Shown here: positions 1 to 13,296 of the stretch, in pieces
Layout of the letters: every line of letters begins with the position of its first letter
Position numbering within the stretch: position 1 is the stretch's first letter
Origin: Botryllus schlosseri
Lineage: Eukaryota
Assembly (NCBI GenBank): GCA_051294905.1
Contig: CM119381.1
Coordinates: 22,506,001 to 22,570,000 of the forward strand
DNA length: 64,000 bases
Direction of reading: 5' to 3'
Notes under the pieces: generated by a model
What the model was told of the DNA's origin: nothing
Seen by the model: the letters and a program-made list of their open reading frames with translations, nothing else
The model's database searches: none
Position numbers and translations under genes: made by a program

Positions 1-77
1 TCTCGTTCATACAGAACCTTTAAAAAAGGTTCGCGTTCACACGAACCTAAACCTTTCAGAGGTTCACACCATCCCTA
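1..77. mobile_element. Right end of a TIR element of the same family as 1065-2023 (truncated by window start)
   Basis: 1-76 is nearly the exact reverse complement of 1065-1140 and ends in the same terminus GTTCACACCATCCCT(A). Confidence 0.8.
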
Positions 78-1064
78 CATATCGAAATCACACACTCCGA
101 GTGAATAAGCGGCGTGAGTAATGCTATAATGTCCCCGCGTTCGAAAAATTAATTTAGTTCCAAAATAATAATCCGTTCTGCAAATAATGGATGAAAGAAT
201 TCCATTGGATATGGAATTTGTGTTTCAGAACTAGGAAGTGTACTTTTTGCCTCATCTGCCATTTGAATGTCAGGATATATCGTCATCATGCGCCGGACCA
301 ACTGCGATGAGCACCAATGTAGCTATATGCGAGGAAAAAAGGCGCTGGTTGTTTATTCATCCGCTGACATGTATTTCTATTATTATATCATACATAACAG
401 CTGAGCTCATCGCATTATCAGGTCCTGTACGCACTGCGCATATATGAATGGTTTGCTGCACGCGAAATGGATTTCTAATTTAGGTTAGTCTGATAACTTT
501 AAGATAAGCTCAAGTGAATTAATGGAAAAACTGAAAAGCGATATTATCATTGCATGAAATATTCACATGCATATGCACAGGCTGACATTGCGTAACGACA
601 CGGATTTAATGGCCAGATATAAATTTCACGTCTCACCTGATTTTTCTCAGCTGTACCCACCCGTATTACGTGCAGTACGACATCGAACTATATCTATAAG
701 TAAGTATTGCCATCACCGTTATCAATTTATGTGAACCTTGCAACTACTGGAAAGCCTATATGTGCGGCTCTAGGTTTAACTGCGGTATTTGTTTCTGGTC
801 CAATTGTCATAAAGGATGAACGAAATGCGAAATATTTGCTGCCTTTTACGAGCAGGACCGAAACAGCAATTCGTCAGCCCCCAAAACGCTGATTTCGAGT
901 GTAACATAGGGTGGCTTTCCCCCTACCCTCATGAGGTGCCCCTTTTCAACAACATTCGAATAGCGACAGTCTAATCGTTATGAGAAGTCGCTATATTCTA
1001 GGGCAGGCTCGTTTTTAATAATTACTTTGTTGCGTGTCGTTACCCTGGGACTCCCCTTCTGCTG

Positions 1065-2023
1065 AGGGATGGTGTGAACCTCTGAAAGGTTCAGGTTCGT
1101 GTGAACGCGAACCTTTTTCAAAGGTTCTGTGTGAACGCGAACGTGAAGCTCATGACGTCGCGTGATGTCATATTGTGAATTATAACCCTGCATTTTTGTG
1201 AAATTATACCTAGCGACGACTCGGGCCCACTATCCCGCAATGCTGAGTACATATTTTAAGCGTCGCCAAATGTATCAACTGGAGGAATCAAATGATATAT
1301 TAATTCCATGAAATCTATATCTTCCGTCGCTTTGTCAACAGTTTCAACGAGAACTTGCCAAATAATATAACCTTACGCCTTATTAATGGTCTAGGCCGGA
1401 CCGGACAATGTGTTGGGCGTCTGAGTGTTGCTACGGGGATATTGAGCAGAATGTGCTATGGGTTTTACCCCATTAAGAAGTTATACAGCAGTAGACAACA
1501 CCCCAATCGCACGCATTTGGTTTTTATGATACAATAAAAATATAAAATTGAGGTGGACCCCGTGCGTTGGCTAAATTTTTTACATCAGACTGCGATATCA
1601 ATTTCATGAATTGTTGGAATAAGCATCATTCGCTGACTACCTACATGAGGCGTATTCGCTCGTGATGTCGTGTGATTGCGCGTCAAGCTCACAACAGAGA
1701 GTCACTAAATATTCACAAACATAAAGCTGGATATTTCGAGCAAACTTTTGTAACAAAGTAGGTAAAACTTTTGAGTTTGTCAAGGTGCATGCTCATGCTC
1801 ATTTAGTGTTGATTTTTTATGCTGTCAGCGCCACGCATAAAGTGACCCGCAGTTGAAATGCGATAAATTTCAACCAAAGATGTTGTAATGACGTGCAAAT
1901 TGTAATATATGAAAAAGGTTCACAGTGCAGAACCTACCAAGGTTCGTTTGTGAACGTGAACCTCTAAATTTGCGAGGTTCACACACAGAACGCGAACGTG
2001 AACCTCACGTTCACACCATCCCT
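1065..2023. mobile_element. Non-autonomous DNA transposon (MITE), ~960 bp
   Basis: TIRs AGGGATGGTGTGAAC (1065) / GTTCACACCATCCCT (2023), with subterminal GAACC/GGTTC repeats at both ends. No TSD could be resolved. Confidence 0.8.
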
Positions 2024-2159
2024 ACATAGAATGATGTCGAAATTTCCCAAACGTACCACCCTAAACCAATAGAAAAACTTCTTACGTGAGACCCACACGA
2101 TACAATATTGGCTTTTCTTCACGATGCGCATCGTTTCCTCCGTGGGGGGGGGGGACAGG

Positions 2160-3240
2160 GATATCTAGACTAGATATCTAGTAGATATCTAGACACCAGA
2201 CATGGACAATTAGAGAATTTTCAGCTTTTCCAAATTAGATTAGAATTAGAATTAGAGCAACACGGTTTTTTCCAAATTAGATTAGAATTAGAATTAAAGC
2301 TACGCAGTTATTTCCAAATTAGATTAGAATTAGAGCCACACAATTTTTCCAAATTAGATTACAATTAGAATTAAAGCTACACAGCTTTTTCCAAATTATA
2401 ATTAGATTAAAATTAGAACTACTGAATTCGCAAAAAACTTGGATATTGAATTAAATTGTGAATGAGAAATAATACGGCAAAATTCAGGTTCAGTTCAGAT
2501 CAAATCACAGTGCGTTCCCAAAACCACGAGAATGGTTAACGTTTGTTCACCACGCTTGGCTCGCTTTGCACTCACCAGGGGTCACCAAGACGCGGGCCAC
2601 ATGCGGCCGGCGGTCTGATTTGGAATTTTGGAGGAACTCAAAGTAAAGCATTTTGAAATGCTCAAATTGATTGCAGTTTCAAATTATTATTGTTGTTATT
2701 TCAGAATATGCTATTCGCTTGTCCCCAACAACACTATTCCGCACTAGCTGAAACGGCTTCGGAGTTGCACCAACGCATGGCTATTATTCGTCACAATTAC
2801 TACTATGATTGTAGGTGCGGTGTAAGTAATAGGCTTTTCGAAGTACAAAACTTCAATGTTGCAGCAAACAATACGTTCATATTGTTAAATTTATTCCACT
2901 GGAAGCTTTTCGACTGGCTCTCTTCAGCAGTGAACGCCAGCAAATGAGGTTAACCAAGTTCGAAATAAAGTAATGCGATGGTGGCTCGGCACTGGATTTC
3001 CCTGCGCGAGAGGGATATTCTTGTGAACTCGCTGCAAAATGCCACGGACAACAAGGTATTTTCCAGAAAACAATAAATTAGATTAGAATTAGAATTAGCA
3101 CATAGGATCATTTCCCGAATTAGATTAGAATTAGAATTAGAGCATAGAATCATTTCACAAATTAGATTAGAACTAGAGTACTGGCATTTCGCTCTAATTT
3201 AGTGAAATTAGACAGCTAGAATTATCTAGTTGTCCAAGCC
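2160..3240. repeat. Element containing TTAGA(A)-rich minisatellite arrays
   Basis: About 5 units of ~40-46 bp (TTTTCCAAATTAGATTAGAATTAGAATTARAGC) at ~2215-2430 and ~3 more at ~3075-3180. Ends TGGACAATTAGA (~2204) and TCTAGTTGTCCA (~3226) are inverted. Confidence 0.7.
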
Positions 3241-3254
3241 TAGATACCCCTTGG

Positions 3255-3520
3255 GTGGCATTTGTACTTTGGGGCTCAGATTGCCAGGACAGGACTATTC
3301 GGCGCTGGCCATTTATGCGCCTATATGAACAATAGACAATTGGACCACGGATATGACTTGATATCCCTGAATTGTATATGTGTATATATCAGTCAAGGTT
3401 TTCTCGCCATCGATCTTTTTGGCAACCCACTTCGCGTAGTCACGCCATGGCCGAAACTTCATATTTATGTATGGGTGTGTCGCGGCACAATACTTCTAGC
3501 GACATTAAAGCGCACAAGTC
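3255..3520. repeat. Dispersed repeat homologous to the interior of the 9848-10978 element
   Basis: Shares GGCATTTGT..GGGGYTCAGATTGCCAGG and TCTCGCYRTCGATC blocks with 10325-10830. Confidence 0.6.
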
Positions 3521-3879
3521 GGGAATAAAATTTTCAATTCGAATAAATCTCCTCAACATAGCCCATACTGTAGATTGAATTGCGAAATAATTTTATGCCC
3601 CCTCCGAGCTCGCCCAGTTCCCCTATGGAATGGGATGCGGCAGTCACGACTCTGCTTACGAGATAGTTATATGCGATGTCGCCAAGCTGTGAATTGACAG
3701 CTGCTTTCAGATTGTGTGATAACTCCCACTCTTCTTGCTTCTATCGTCAGTCAATACAGATTCACGTTCCCACCGACGAATAGTACGAGAATAAATTACT
3801 AGGATTCCGGTATATAAACTAGCTGATGTCACAAAATTAACACATTACAAAGAAACTTGTGAACCGTGTGAACCTCGAG

Positions 3880-6800
3880 ATGATAAAGACAACTTATCTT
3901 CTGGCTTTAATTGCAACTGTCTTCGGAAGCAGTAAGTACTTACTACAAGATTGGTCTATCCGTTAGACTTAGAATAACATGAAAATCGAACATATAATTC
4001 AGGTCTTCCGAGAAATGTGCAAACTGGTTCAAGAATAATTAATGGCGTTGATGCCACAGCAGGAGAATACCCTTGGCAAGTAAGAGAAAGTGATTCGCGT
4101 GACTACTAGAAAGTGTAGGTAGAAAGTGTCTACTACTAAGTATCTTGCCAAGAATGGAGAAAGAACGTTCTACAGCAGAAGTTGTTGGCTGGCAACACTG
4201 GCGTTGTGCGCTAACTGCTGGTGACACACCGTGTTGCTTCGTTCTGACAATGTTCTCCACTTAACATCACAATTTTTCATCATGCGCATCTTGATATAAG
4301 AACCAATGTCCATGCAGTTAGGATGCTGCGGTACGTTGAGCACAACACCGCGTCACTAAAGGACTCTTTGATTAAAACCAGTCAATCTGTCAAGTATCTA
4401 GGTATTATTATTGATGATAATCTAGTATGGGACCATCACATCAACTACATAGCAAGCAAAATATCTCGTGGCATTGGTGCACTCTATCGCCTGAAGAAGC
4501 TGGTTCCAATATCACTTCTCCTACCTGTTTATCATGCGCTCGTCCACTGCCATCTTACATATGGAATAACAGTGTGGGGCTGCTCTTACAAGAAGCATAT
4601 CAACAAGCTCCAGGTATTACAAAACAAAGCCATTCGGATTATATCTAATATACCTGCATGTAGTATAGTGTCAGTCCTGAATTTAGAAAATTGGGCATTC
4701 TCAAGGTCTCGGATTTGTATGAATTTGAAATTGTAAAAATCATGAAACAATATAATGAAAGAACATTACCTGAATATTTCGACAACTTTTTTCAATGCCC
4801 CAATTCAATTCACCATTATAACACAAGATTCTCACAGAATCAGTCCCTATTTGTTAAATTGAATTCATCAAGACTGTCAAGAAATTCCCTATCTTATATA
4901 GGTGTGAAATTTTGTAACAATGTACCAACTTTCTACCGTACTCTTCCTTATCATACATTTAAAGCTCGCTATTGCAAATTGATATTATCCAAGTACTAAG
5001 AAGAACATATCTCATGACCACAGTGGTGTTGTTTATTGTTTTGATTCATTTAATATGCTACAATAATATTACCACTGTGTACATGGGTCAAATTGTTATT
5101 TTCTGATCACACTGTTAACTATGGTAACCGTCCTTCACTAGTGTTGCTGTCTTTTATTTACTTTTGTTTATTTCGTTACTCTTTGCGGTGCTACTTGACT
5201 GAGAGAAGAAATTGATCCATATTATAATTAATACTGCCAATATGCTTGGGTGACTCCGGCCTAGAAGACTTCGGCCATATCGGGTCTCCCAGTCTATACC
5301 GTGTAAATTATAGTTTGGAAAATTTAAAAAAATGTATACTATTGGACGTGAATGTTTGTGGACATTGCCTTTACTATATTTCATGGTTGACGAATAAAAG
5401 AACTCTCTCTCTCTCTCTCTCTCACCCGATTTGTTTCATTTGACCGATTATGATTCACAATGAGCAGACAATGGTGGGCCTATACAGTAGGTAGGCTATA
5501 AGCTGTAAAATATCAAATGATAAGTCCACCGACAGCAGGTTGCAAAAAAATCTTGACTTTATAAACAATGACAAAATTTTGACTTATTTTCACATGTCAA
5601 ACAAACATTGCCCTTATAATAACAGTGTTGAGGTGACTCTGGATCTTTGAGCGTCGCGTAAGGCATAGCTCGACATTTCCACCCAGCGGATAGGAATTGA
5701 TCCTTGTAGGACTAGTTTGTCGCCACACACTTCCCGTAATACTAGGGGTTACCATATTTTGGGAATCTGAAAAGAGGACACTTTTTCAAAATTTTCATAC
5801 TTAATATACCGGAGTAAAATCCGGAAAATAAATGGTAAATTTACTCCGAGTTTGGAAGGTCATCTTTACGACTCGACTTCCGAAATACCCACTTTGTACG
5901 AGATTTTCCGTTGGTTGACTAAAGAAAAGGTCATCTTTCTGGCGGCTCAACTGATAGACCCACCGGACCGCTATTTGAGTACGGATTTCCTATATCTTAG
6001 TCCAATTTCCACATACATTTAACCAAAATTTTCAGAAAAGAGGACAAATCCTCCAAGAGGACGTATGTTAACCCTAAGTAATACAATCCCTTCATTTCTC
6101 CTCACGCCACATCCTTTATATTGCTGGCCAGCGACAATTTTGTCCACCTCATACTCAAAGCGCCAAAACATTAATTGTAATCGCATTATGCAAAATCCAA
6201 TACGGATGAGGATTGACGATATATTCCCAACACCGTATCCAATGAGAATACTGGATGATAATTTTTTGAGTTGAAATCCCGTGACTTGATCCACATGATT
6301 TGATACCACTTGGTTGAATTTTTATGTGGCATTCATTATGTTAATTTAGAAATGGCAAGTTATTCTATGGTGTTTAGCTAATAAGCTAATTATTGAAAAT
6401 TTATATCACCGTCGAATTTCACCCAATTTTTCATTGAAGGTATCATTGCAAGAGCCCTATGGATCTGGTTACTGGCATTTCTGCGGTGGCTCAATCATAT
6501 CCTCGAACTATATCATGTCTGCTGCGCATTGTTATAAAGAGTAGGTAGTGATGGATAATAGATAATGTATTCTCATGCTAGAATATTTCACTCGCTCATT
6601 GGTCAGTCGTCTCGGTGGTCTTCAATTACCACAAGAATGCGAGTTGCGATAAGATGAAAGGCGCCGTTCTGCAAAGTGGGTGCTAAATGTGCTAAACCAC
6701 GCTGACGCGACACCGACGGAGTCACCATTGTCATGATTCTGCTCTCTATTCGACAGTAATTTTGAAATTTCAATTCATGCACACGATGACACAATTGAGT

Positions 6801-9230
6801 CATCCCGTCACCGGATTCGAATTTGGATTCGGATTCGAAACTCAAAAATGCATACAGGATTTGGTTTTGAAAATACCAAGTTCGCTCATGTCTAGCCTAC
6901 GTGGGATGACATTAGAAATTTTCCAGCCCCAGCATGGTGACAGTGTACGTGGGATCAGTTCAGAAGTTTAGCGGAGGAGAACGCTATGGAATAACTGAAT
7001 TTCTTGCACACCCGCAATACAACCCGAATGACATCTCCATGGACTATGCAGTGATCAAACTTGAGCGATCGCTCGTATTTACATCATCGGTGATTCAAGC
7101 AGTTCGCGTCAATAAGATTCGCATAACTGACATTTAAAATTCCCAGGTCCAAGCGGTCGTCATTCCGGGTCCCGAATATGACGCGACTTCCCAATTCAAT
7201 GGTCCCGCTGTTATCAGCGGATGGGGATACAGCGCCTACTACGGACAGAACCGTCCTCAAAACGAAATGCCGACGACCTTGCAATACGCGGATGTTCCGG
7301 TGTGGACCGACGCAGAGTGCAGTAGCATCTGGGGCAGCTATTACCAATCGTCAAACATGCTATGTGCTGGTGGCAGCGCAGGATCATGCATGGTAAGGTT
7401 AAATTTCGTTGAAACGTAAGCAAAAAGAGGCCGACGACATAATATGGACTAACTTGAATACGCTTTTTTCCTATTTTCTTTTATCCTACGAATAAATAAA
7501 TATTTTAGACATTGGATAAAATCGGGAACTTTTTATTTACATTGACGGGTCTAAATCAACAGAAGGAGCCGGTCATGCGTTTACTATCGCGTCGCTGATG
7601 ATAAACTTTTCTTGACCTTGCTCGACCCTAACGTCAGTCTATTCCATAGAAGCACTAGATATTTTCCACGCTCTAAAATAGATATTACACACAGCATACG
7701 CAAAGTGTTGTATTTGAATGTGGCCGCTCGCTGAATCAAGCGATTCGGAAAGGTGCCATCGTTGTCCTGGCCTCGGTACCGGGACACGCTGATATCAGTG
7801 GCAACGAGATGGCCGACAAATTGGCTTGTCAGGCTGCCAGGACCGACAGCGAAAATTCCCCTCCTCAGACATTTCCGGACGAAATTAGCCATACTGTGGC
7901 GAAAGCCAAAGTACGACAATACTGCAGAGTGTTGCAGAGCGACCTGGAACACCGAACATCAACGGAAAGAGCAAGGAGTTCACTATCGAAACTTTCATAG
8001 ATCATTGACTGATGGCCATTTTCCATCGATGAATCGACATGGGCTCTAACAACGATTGATATTTCGACGTCGTTCAGGCCATTACCGCTCAAAAGCGCAC
8101 TTATACGAATTAGAGGTAGCGATACTGATCTCTGTGAACATTGCACAGTACCTGAAACAGCGGAACATTTTTTGCTGCACTGCCATCGACATGGTTTTCA
8201 TGGAACCTTGTTATTTGACAGTGCGCGTAAGCTCAAAATCGCCGCAACACTCGAAAATTTACTGATCGTCTCGGAAATGGTATCCCATGTTGCAGAGTTC
8301 GTTCTGTCGTATGTGATACCGGGGCCGTCCCCGTCCAGTAATTTTATTTGGCACATCTTCAATGGTTTGTTTAAAATGATCGTAGCCCCCGGTGGTACAT
8401 ATTTGTAAATAATAAACATGTACTTGCCCCCATAATGTCCCAAGTTGCGCCCCAGGAGTGATAAATGCTCGAAACTACTTTTGAAAAAGTAATTGTCCCT
8501 AATTTGGTATAGGCCTACGGCCCGCACATTCTATAGCCCAATCATCAATAATAATAATTTACCGAAATTCAGCTTCATCCATAAAATTCCGTATTCATCA
8601 GTTTGTTTATTATGCGCGTTGGACTACTGTCTACAATGGCTTCAGATTACATCATGTTCCTACAATTCAATATCGTTGAGAGTTGTTGAGAACATTACCT
8701 ACTGCAATCCAGTTTTATTGTTGATTACTAGAACTAGAATTTCACTTGAAGTCAATTCCTTATTCAATGCTGTCGAATGTGGGGGAGCATACGGTGTTTA
8801 AATGAAAGTAAGACGACAGAGTGACTGGAAATGTCCTTTTGGATCGGCACGTCTACTCCACTTATCGATGGTATTTGTACCAATTAACGCAATTGGAGAA
8901 TCACCTCACCATAAACATTCATATGTAATTATACTTAATTTATATTATATGAATAAATATATTTATGCTCCTATGACTGGGCCGCATTTGGAAGCAGTTA
9001 AAAGTCACATGAAATGTTTTTTTTATCATTCTGCTTCATCAACTATATACAGAAATTTTGATTCACAGGGAGACTCAGGTGGACCTATTGTCCAAACCAT
9101 CAACGGAACCCCAACCTTGCTCGGGGCCACATCTTGGGGATCTAGCAAATGCGACTTGGATTATCCAAGTGTTTGGGCTAAATTGTCGGCTGTCAGACCA
9201 TGGATCGTCGAAAACACTGATCTGGAGTAG
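3880..9230 (+). CDS. Secreted S1A serine protease zymogen, chymotrypsin-like (266 aa)
   Basis: Exons 3880-3931, 4003-4079, 6440-6540, 6927-7089, 7147-7392, 9069-9230; all GT-AG, 801 nt in frame. Signal MIKTTYLLALIATVFGS, activation site SR|IINGVDATAGEYPWQ, catalytic AAHC, MDYAVIKL and GDSGGP. AATAAA at 9282. Confidence 0.95.
4100..4260 (-). mobile_element. Possible hAT transposase C-terminal remnant
   Basis: PTTSAVERSFSILGK resembles the hAT dimerisation motif (..SxERxFS..); adjacent CAGTGTTGCCAG is terminus-like. Confidence 0.4.
4300..5423 (+). mobile_element. 5'-truncated LINE (CR1/L2/Crack-type) 3' end in protease intron 2
   Basis: VKYLGIIIDDNLVW...LTYGITVWG...LQNKAIRII is post-RT ORF2 sequence, frameshifted near 4690. 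3'UTR ends with AATAAA (5393) and a (CT)n tail (5403-5423). Confidence 0.9.
5743..6076. mobile_element. hAT-type MITE (334 bp), sister of 43729-44666
   Basis: TIR TAGGGGTTACCATA / TATGTTAACCCTA; 8-bp TSD CGTAATAC / AGTAATAC (7/8). Confidence 0.85.
7620..8420 (+). mobile_element. Degraded 3' part of an RNase H-bearing LINE (I/Nimb/Ingi-like) in protease intron 5
   Basis: VPGHADISGNEMADKLA matches the RNase H motif (WVPGHxGIxGNExAD). Downstream LCEHCTVPETAEHFLLHC is a CX2CX7HX4C zinc knuckle. Frameshifted. Confidence 0.85.
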
Positions 9231-9847
9231 ATTCCATTCATCATTTTTCCTCGCATCCAAGCGGAATACCCGAATCAGTAAAATAAACAATGAGCATTCG
9301 ACAATGTCAGACAGTGTTTATGTAAGACCGCGCAGCGCAGGTGTTTGCGAGTCACTGATTCATATTCTAGAGCAGTGATTTCATACCGCGATCCAAGCTA
9401 GCCTTTTTTACGGCTCTCATTGATCTCTGAAATCCCACAAATACATAGTAGAGAGTCATAGACGTAAAGTTGCAGGTTATTTCTATAAATATTTCGAGTC
9501 AATGTTTGTAGGATCAATGGTAAAATAACAGATATTAGTTATTATGTCTGAACCGCCCAGAGCAGCTTTTGAAAACCGGGAAGAGATTGCCGCAGACTAC
9601 CGTACTGCCGAAATGGTACTAGACAAAGCGTAATGGTTTTGGAATCGGTGTCATTCGAATCTCCCTTGGAATCAGCGAATCGAGCATTATGCAGGCTAGT
9701 CCTGTGTCAGAAAAATCATGAAGCTTGCCCCAAGTAAAATAAGGACATGAATTGTGTAGATTTATAGCTGATTATGAATTAGAGCGTACAGGAAATATCT
9801 GATCTACCTCAGGTAGCATAGGTTACAACATGATGTCTAGTACAGTA

Positions 9848-10978
9848 AGGACCGTAACGTAAGCCCCCACCCTCCCGCAAAAAATGGTCTTGGGCGAACC
9901 CCTCCAGATCCTTCTCAAGCGAGTCGTGTTTGACGCGACTTATAACCGACATTTATTCTGCTGTTTAGTGAGACGAATCACTTCGCCAAAACGCGCCAAG
10001 CGCGAAAATTTTCAACAATTCGTTATTGAATCGGTCATTATGATCGGGAATTACATATATGTTGCTATCAATTTTTTTTTATCTTCTCTACTCCCGTAAT
10101 CAGATTTCCCGGTAGAGCTGAATGAGGTGACTTGGAAACTGTAGGGCCTGTTAATAATAATTAAACATATTCGGGTGGTATAAAAGGTTCATTACATGAT
10201 GTTGTTTCGTGACCTCCTATGTCTGCTATGTCAAAAGATATTGAAATCGCCCAAACGTACTAAACTAAAAGACGCACACGATTTCAAATTGGTATTTCTT
10301 CACTGACGATTAAATTTTCTTTGCTGGTAGGCATTTGTCTGTGGGGTTCAGATTGCCAGGCAGAAAAAGTCGGCGCAAGCCATTTAGGCTTCTATAAGGA
10401 CAAATAAACATATGGGCCTATCGAATGTTCCCTCTGATTTTTCACGAGTCTGCGCGCACTCGCCAACTGACTGCGCGGTCCCTTGAACAACAGTGTGTAA
10501 CGACTAAAAAAAGGTCATCACTTTGATTGAACTGCCGAATTACACAGGTTTTCTGTTTAATTTTGTGATTTTAAATAAAAAAGAGATCATCACTTCGGCT
10601 TTTTTGTGTGCAGCTTAGATTTTCTGTGCTCAGAGACCATGTCAGCACTGCGCAATTGCGCAAGCGCGCTGATAATAGGGGACAGTGGGCCTATGTATAT
10701 ATATGGAAGTTTTCGGTCAGAATAAGGGCAGTCTTCTTCTGCCCAGGTTTTCTCGCTGTCGATCGTTCTGGTACACTTCTTGGAGTCGCATGTTACATGG
10801 TCAAAAACTGCATATGTCGTGGTGCGGTAATGACCGAAGCCGAATGCCCATTTGTATAAATCATGCGTAGTTTTTTCTTTGAGCGGGGGGAGAGAGTACC
10901 CAATAACCCAGAAATTTGGCAACATTAAATGACGCATAGCGCGAAAATTTTCTTTAACGTTGCGGCGGTTACGGTCCT
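9848..10978. mobile_element. Non-autonomous TIR element (~1.13 kb), superfamily unresolved
   Basis: TIR AGGACCGTAAC / GTTACGGTCCT; interior repeated at 3255-3520; TSD not resolved. Confidence 0.65.
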
Positions 10979-12023
10979 GAGTATACAGTCAATGCAATTT
11001 CAGCGAAACCCCTAACTTGAATGCATTGCATATATATCCGACACACAAGTAATCTTGACATTTATTTACAATATAATCGGAACGAAATGAAGGCAGTTAG
11101 CGAGCGTACGGTTTGTAGATTGATATCAGTGATGGTACACATCAATTCGCCGTCTTCACGACGGTTTGTCGAACGAAAGAGCGCGATGAGGGCCTAAAGC
11201 ATGTCCAGCAGAATGTAGACTGCATGTCATCATAATTCTGGATAATTCTCGGTTCCCCTTAAGAAGGTAAGCATGCTTTTCCGCTGCATCTGTTGAAGTT
11301 GTGCGGTAGATATTTGCGACACAATTCTTCTTCGCGGGCTTGGTTGCTGAGGCCATCAGCGATTCGTCGTGAGATGCCCCTGCAGAAATTCCACGAGTGA
11401 TGATAAATGCCAATTGGATCATTAAATGTTATAGGTTGTATTTCAGGGAGGTCTAGACGCAATAGAGGAGTTCAGAAATCACATTTTAGTATTCTCTAGA
11501 AATACATCTGAAGTTGGGCAGCACAATCTTCAAAAATAAACTTTCTTCGTCGATGCAATGCGGAATGCCTATTCGAACTCTGGGCAGAGAGAGAGAAAGA
11601 GACACACACAAAATCAAAATAATGATTTAAAGCAGCGGTTAACAACCTATATAGTGGTCGGGACCCCAATGGGGTAGTTTGCCTATTCTCTAGGGGTCGC
11701 GGAGACGAAAGTAAAATACCAATGACTATTAATATATGCCAATTAATCGTATGCAATCGGTGGCTCATTCTCATTCTTATCCTATTTCATTTTTCAAAAT
11801 ATAATGACCCTTGAGGGATGTGAAATCGGCAAACAAGTATGAGATCAGTCGGATAGTCATTTTGAAGCGCCATCTACTATAAATAACGCATGGTCGGTGT
11901 CTAACAACCATTATGAAGATTAAAGGGTCGAGTGCTCATAAATCAATTGGACGGGAATTTCACATTCCAGGAAAACTGCAAGTGAGACAGTAGTACTAAT
12001 AGTATATAATGTATACTATACAT

Positions 12024-13276
12024 CAGAGGTCTCAAACTCAAATGTGCTGGCGGGCCAATTTCCTACATTTTGGTGGTGCCGCGGCCCGCAGCACCAATAA
12101 CAGAGTAATTCAATGTATTTCCAAATGGGCCTTAATTGACGGGACCTGGCAGAATGACATTCCACACGCATCGTGAAAATGTGATTTACTATTGTGAATT
12201 CACGAATCCACGCCTTTCACGAAAAAAAATCACATTTTAAAATATTTGAATAAAATTGCTGCTGCACTTGGCATAGTTGCTGTATATTTAGTTGCAGACA
12301 CAATGCGCGAGTTGCTGCATCAGGACATCGTAAAAACTGCCGCGTTATAATTTTGCAGCTTGCGGACATTTGACGTGGCACAATTATAGGTAGAATATTT
12401 TAGAATTTTACAAAGTTTGATCTGATATCAGAGCATTGGAGCTGTACAGCCCAATCCGGGTTTCGGGAATACTCCTGATAACTAGGCTATTTATCATGTT
12501 ATTACCAAAGTTAAATTAAATCAGCGTCAGATTCAACTTCGAATATTGGAACAGATATGTAACAACTTGAATATAATGATTACTATGCCGTAGCAAAAGA
12601 AATGTCCGATCGTTGAAGAATCCATTGGTGTGACAGCTGTGAAGCTTATACGCGACGACTATACGTTATACTTAATCGGCGATAGTAACGGATAAGGATA
12701 CCCAAGATGACGCAGGATATAACTAACTGTACTTCAAGAGGGCAACATAATGCCAATGGTAGCCATTCGGGCCTCCTCAGATATCTAAATAAGGTACGCA
12801 ACACAAGCTAAGACTTTTTTATATATTACCATTCCCCATACCAGTTTGATAGTTTGTTGCGTCCGTGGTTGTACCAAGTCACGGCGTTCCGAGTCACAAT
12901 AAATCCTGCTCTGATTGTAACATTTCACGCGTCCGAATTCGAGTAATTTTACGAACGGTCGCGGCCAAGTCCAAATCACAATTTCCAGTTCCGAATCATC
13001 AACGGGTCATTTATTTCCCTCATAAACAAGTAATGTGACGTAATAATTGATCTTCCTCTGCGTGGTAACTTTTGAAAGTGATGTAATAGTGAAGTATGAT
13101 GAGTAGTTTCAAGCTTCTGGACTAGTTTTAGAGCGAATTTCCAGTTATTTAAAAGAAAGATATATTGGGCAGTTAAATATTCTCGAATACTTGGAAATCC
13201 AAAATGTCGTCGCGGGCCGCACAAAATGGTCTCGAGGGCCGCATGCGGCCCGCGTGCCTCGTGTTTGAGACGTCTG
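12024..13276. mobile_element. hAT (Charlie-like) non-autonomous element, 1253 bp
   Basis: TIR CAGAGGTCTCAAAC / GTTTGAGACGTCTG, GGCCGC-rich subtermini, perfect TSD CTATACAT. Confidence 0.9.
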
Positions 13277-13296
13277 CTATACATGCACGGCACATT

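Noticed and set aside
2215-2430. Interstitial telomere
   Set aside because: Units are TTAGA/TTAGAA inside a longer 40-46 bp monomer, not TTAGG(G)n.
10590-10937. C-type-lectin-like ORF (CTRTIDSEKTWAEEDC...LPYI)
   Set aside because: Lies inside a TIR element whose homologous copy at 3255-3520 does not keep the frame; terminal Cys absent; no convincing splice context.
11156-11422. Transposase-like ORF (TDAA...TCSLH)
   Set aside because: Weak similarity only; it is an alternative frame overlapping the better-supported Cys-rich terminal exon.
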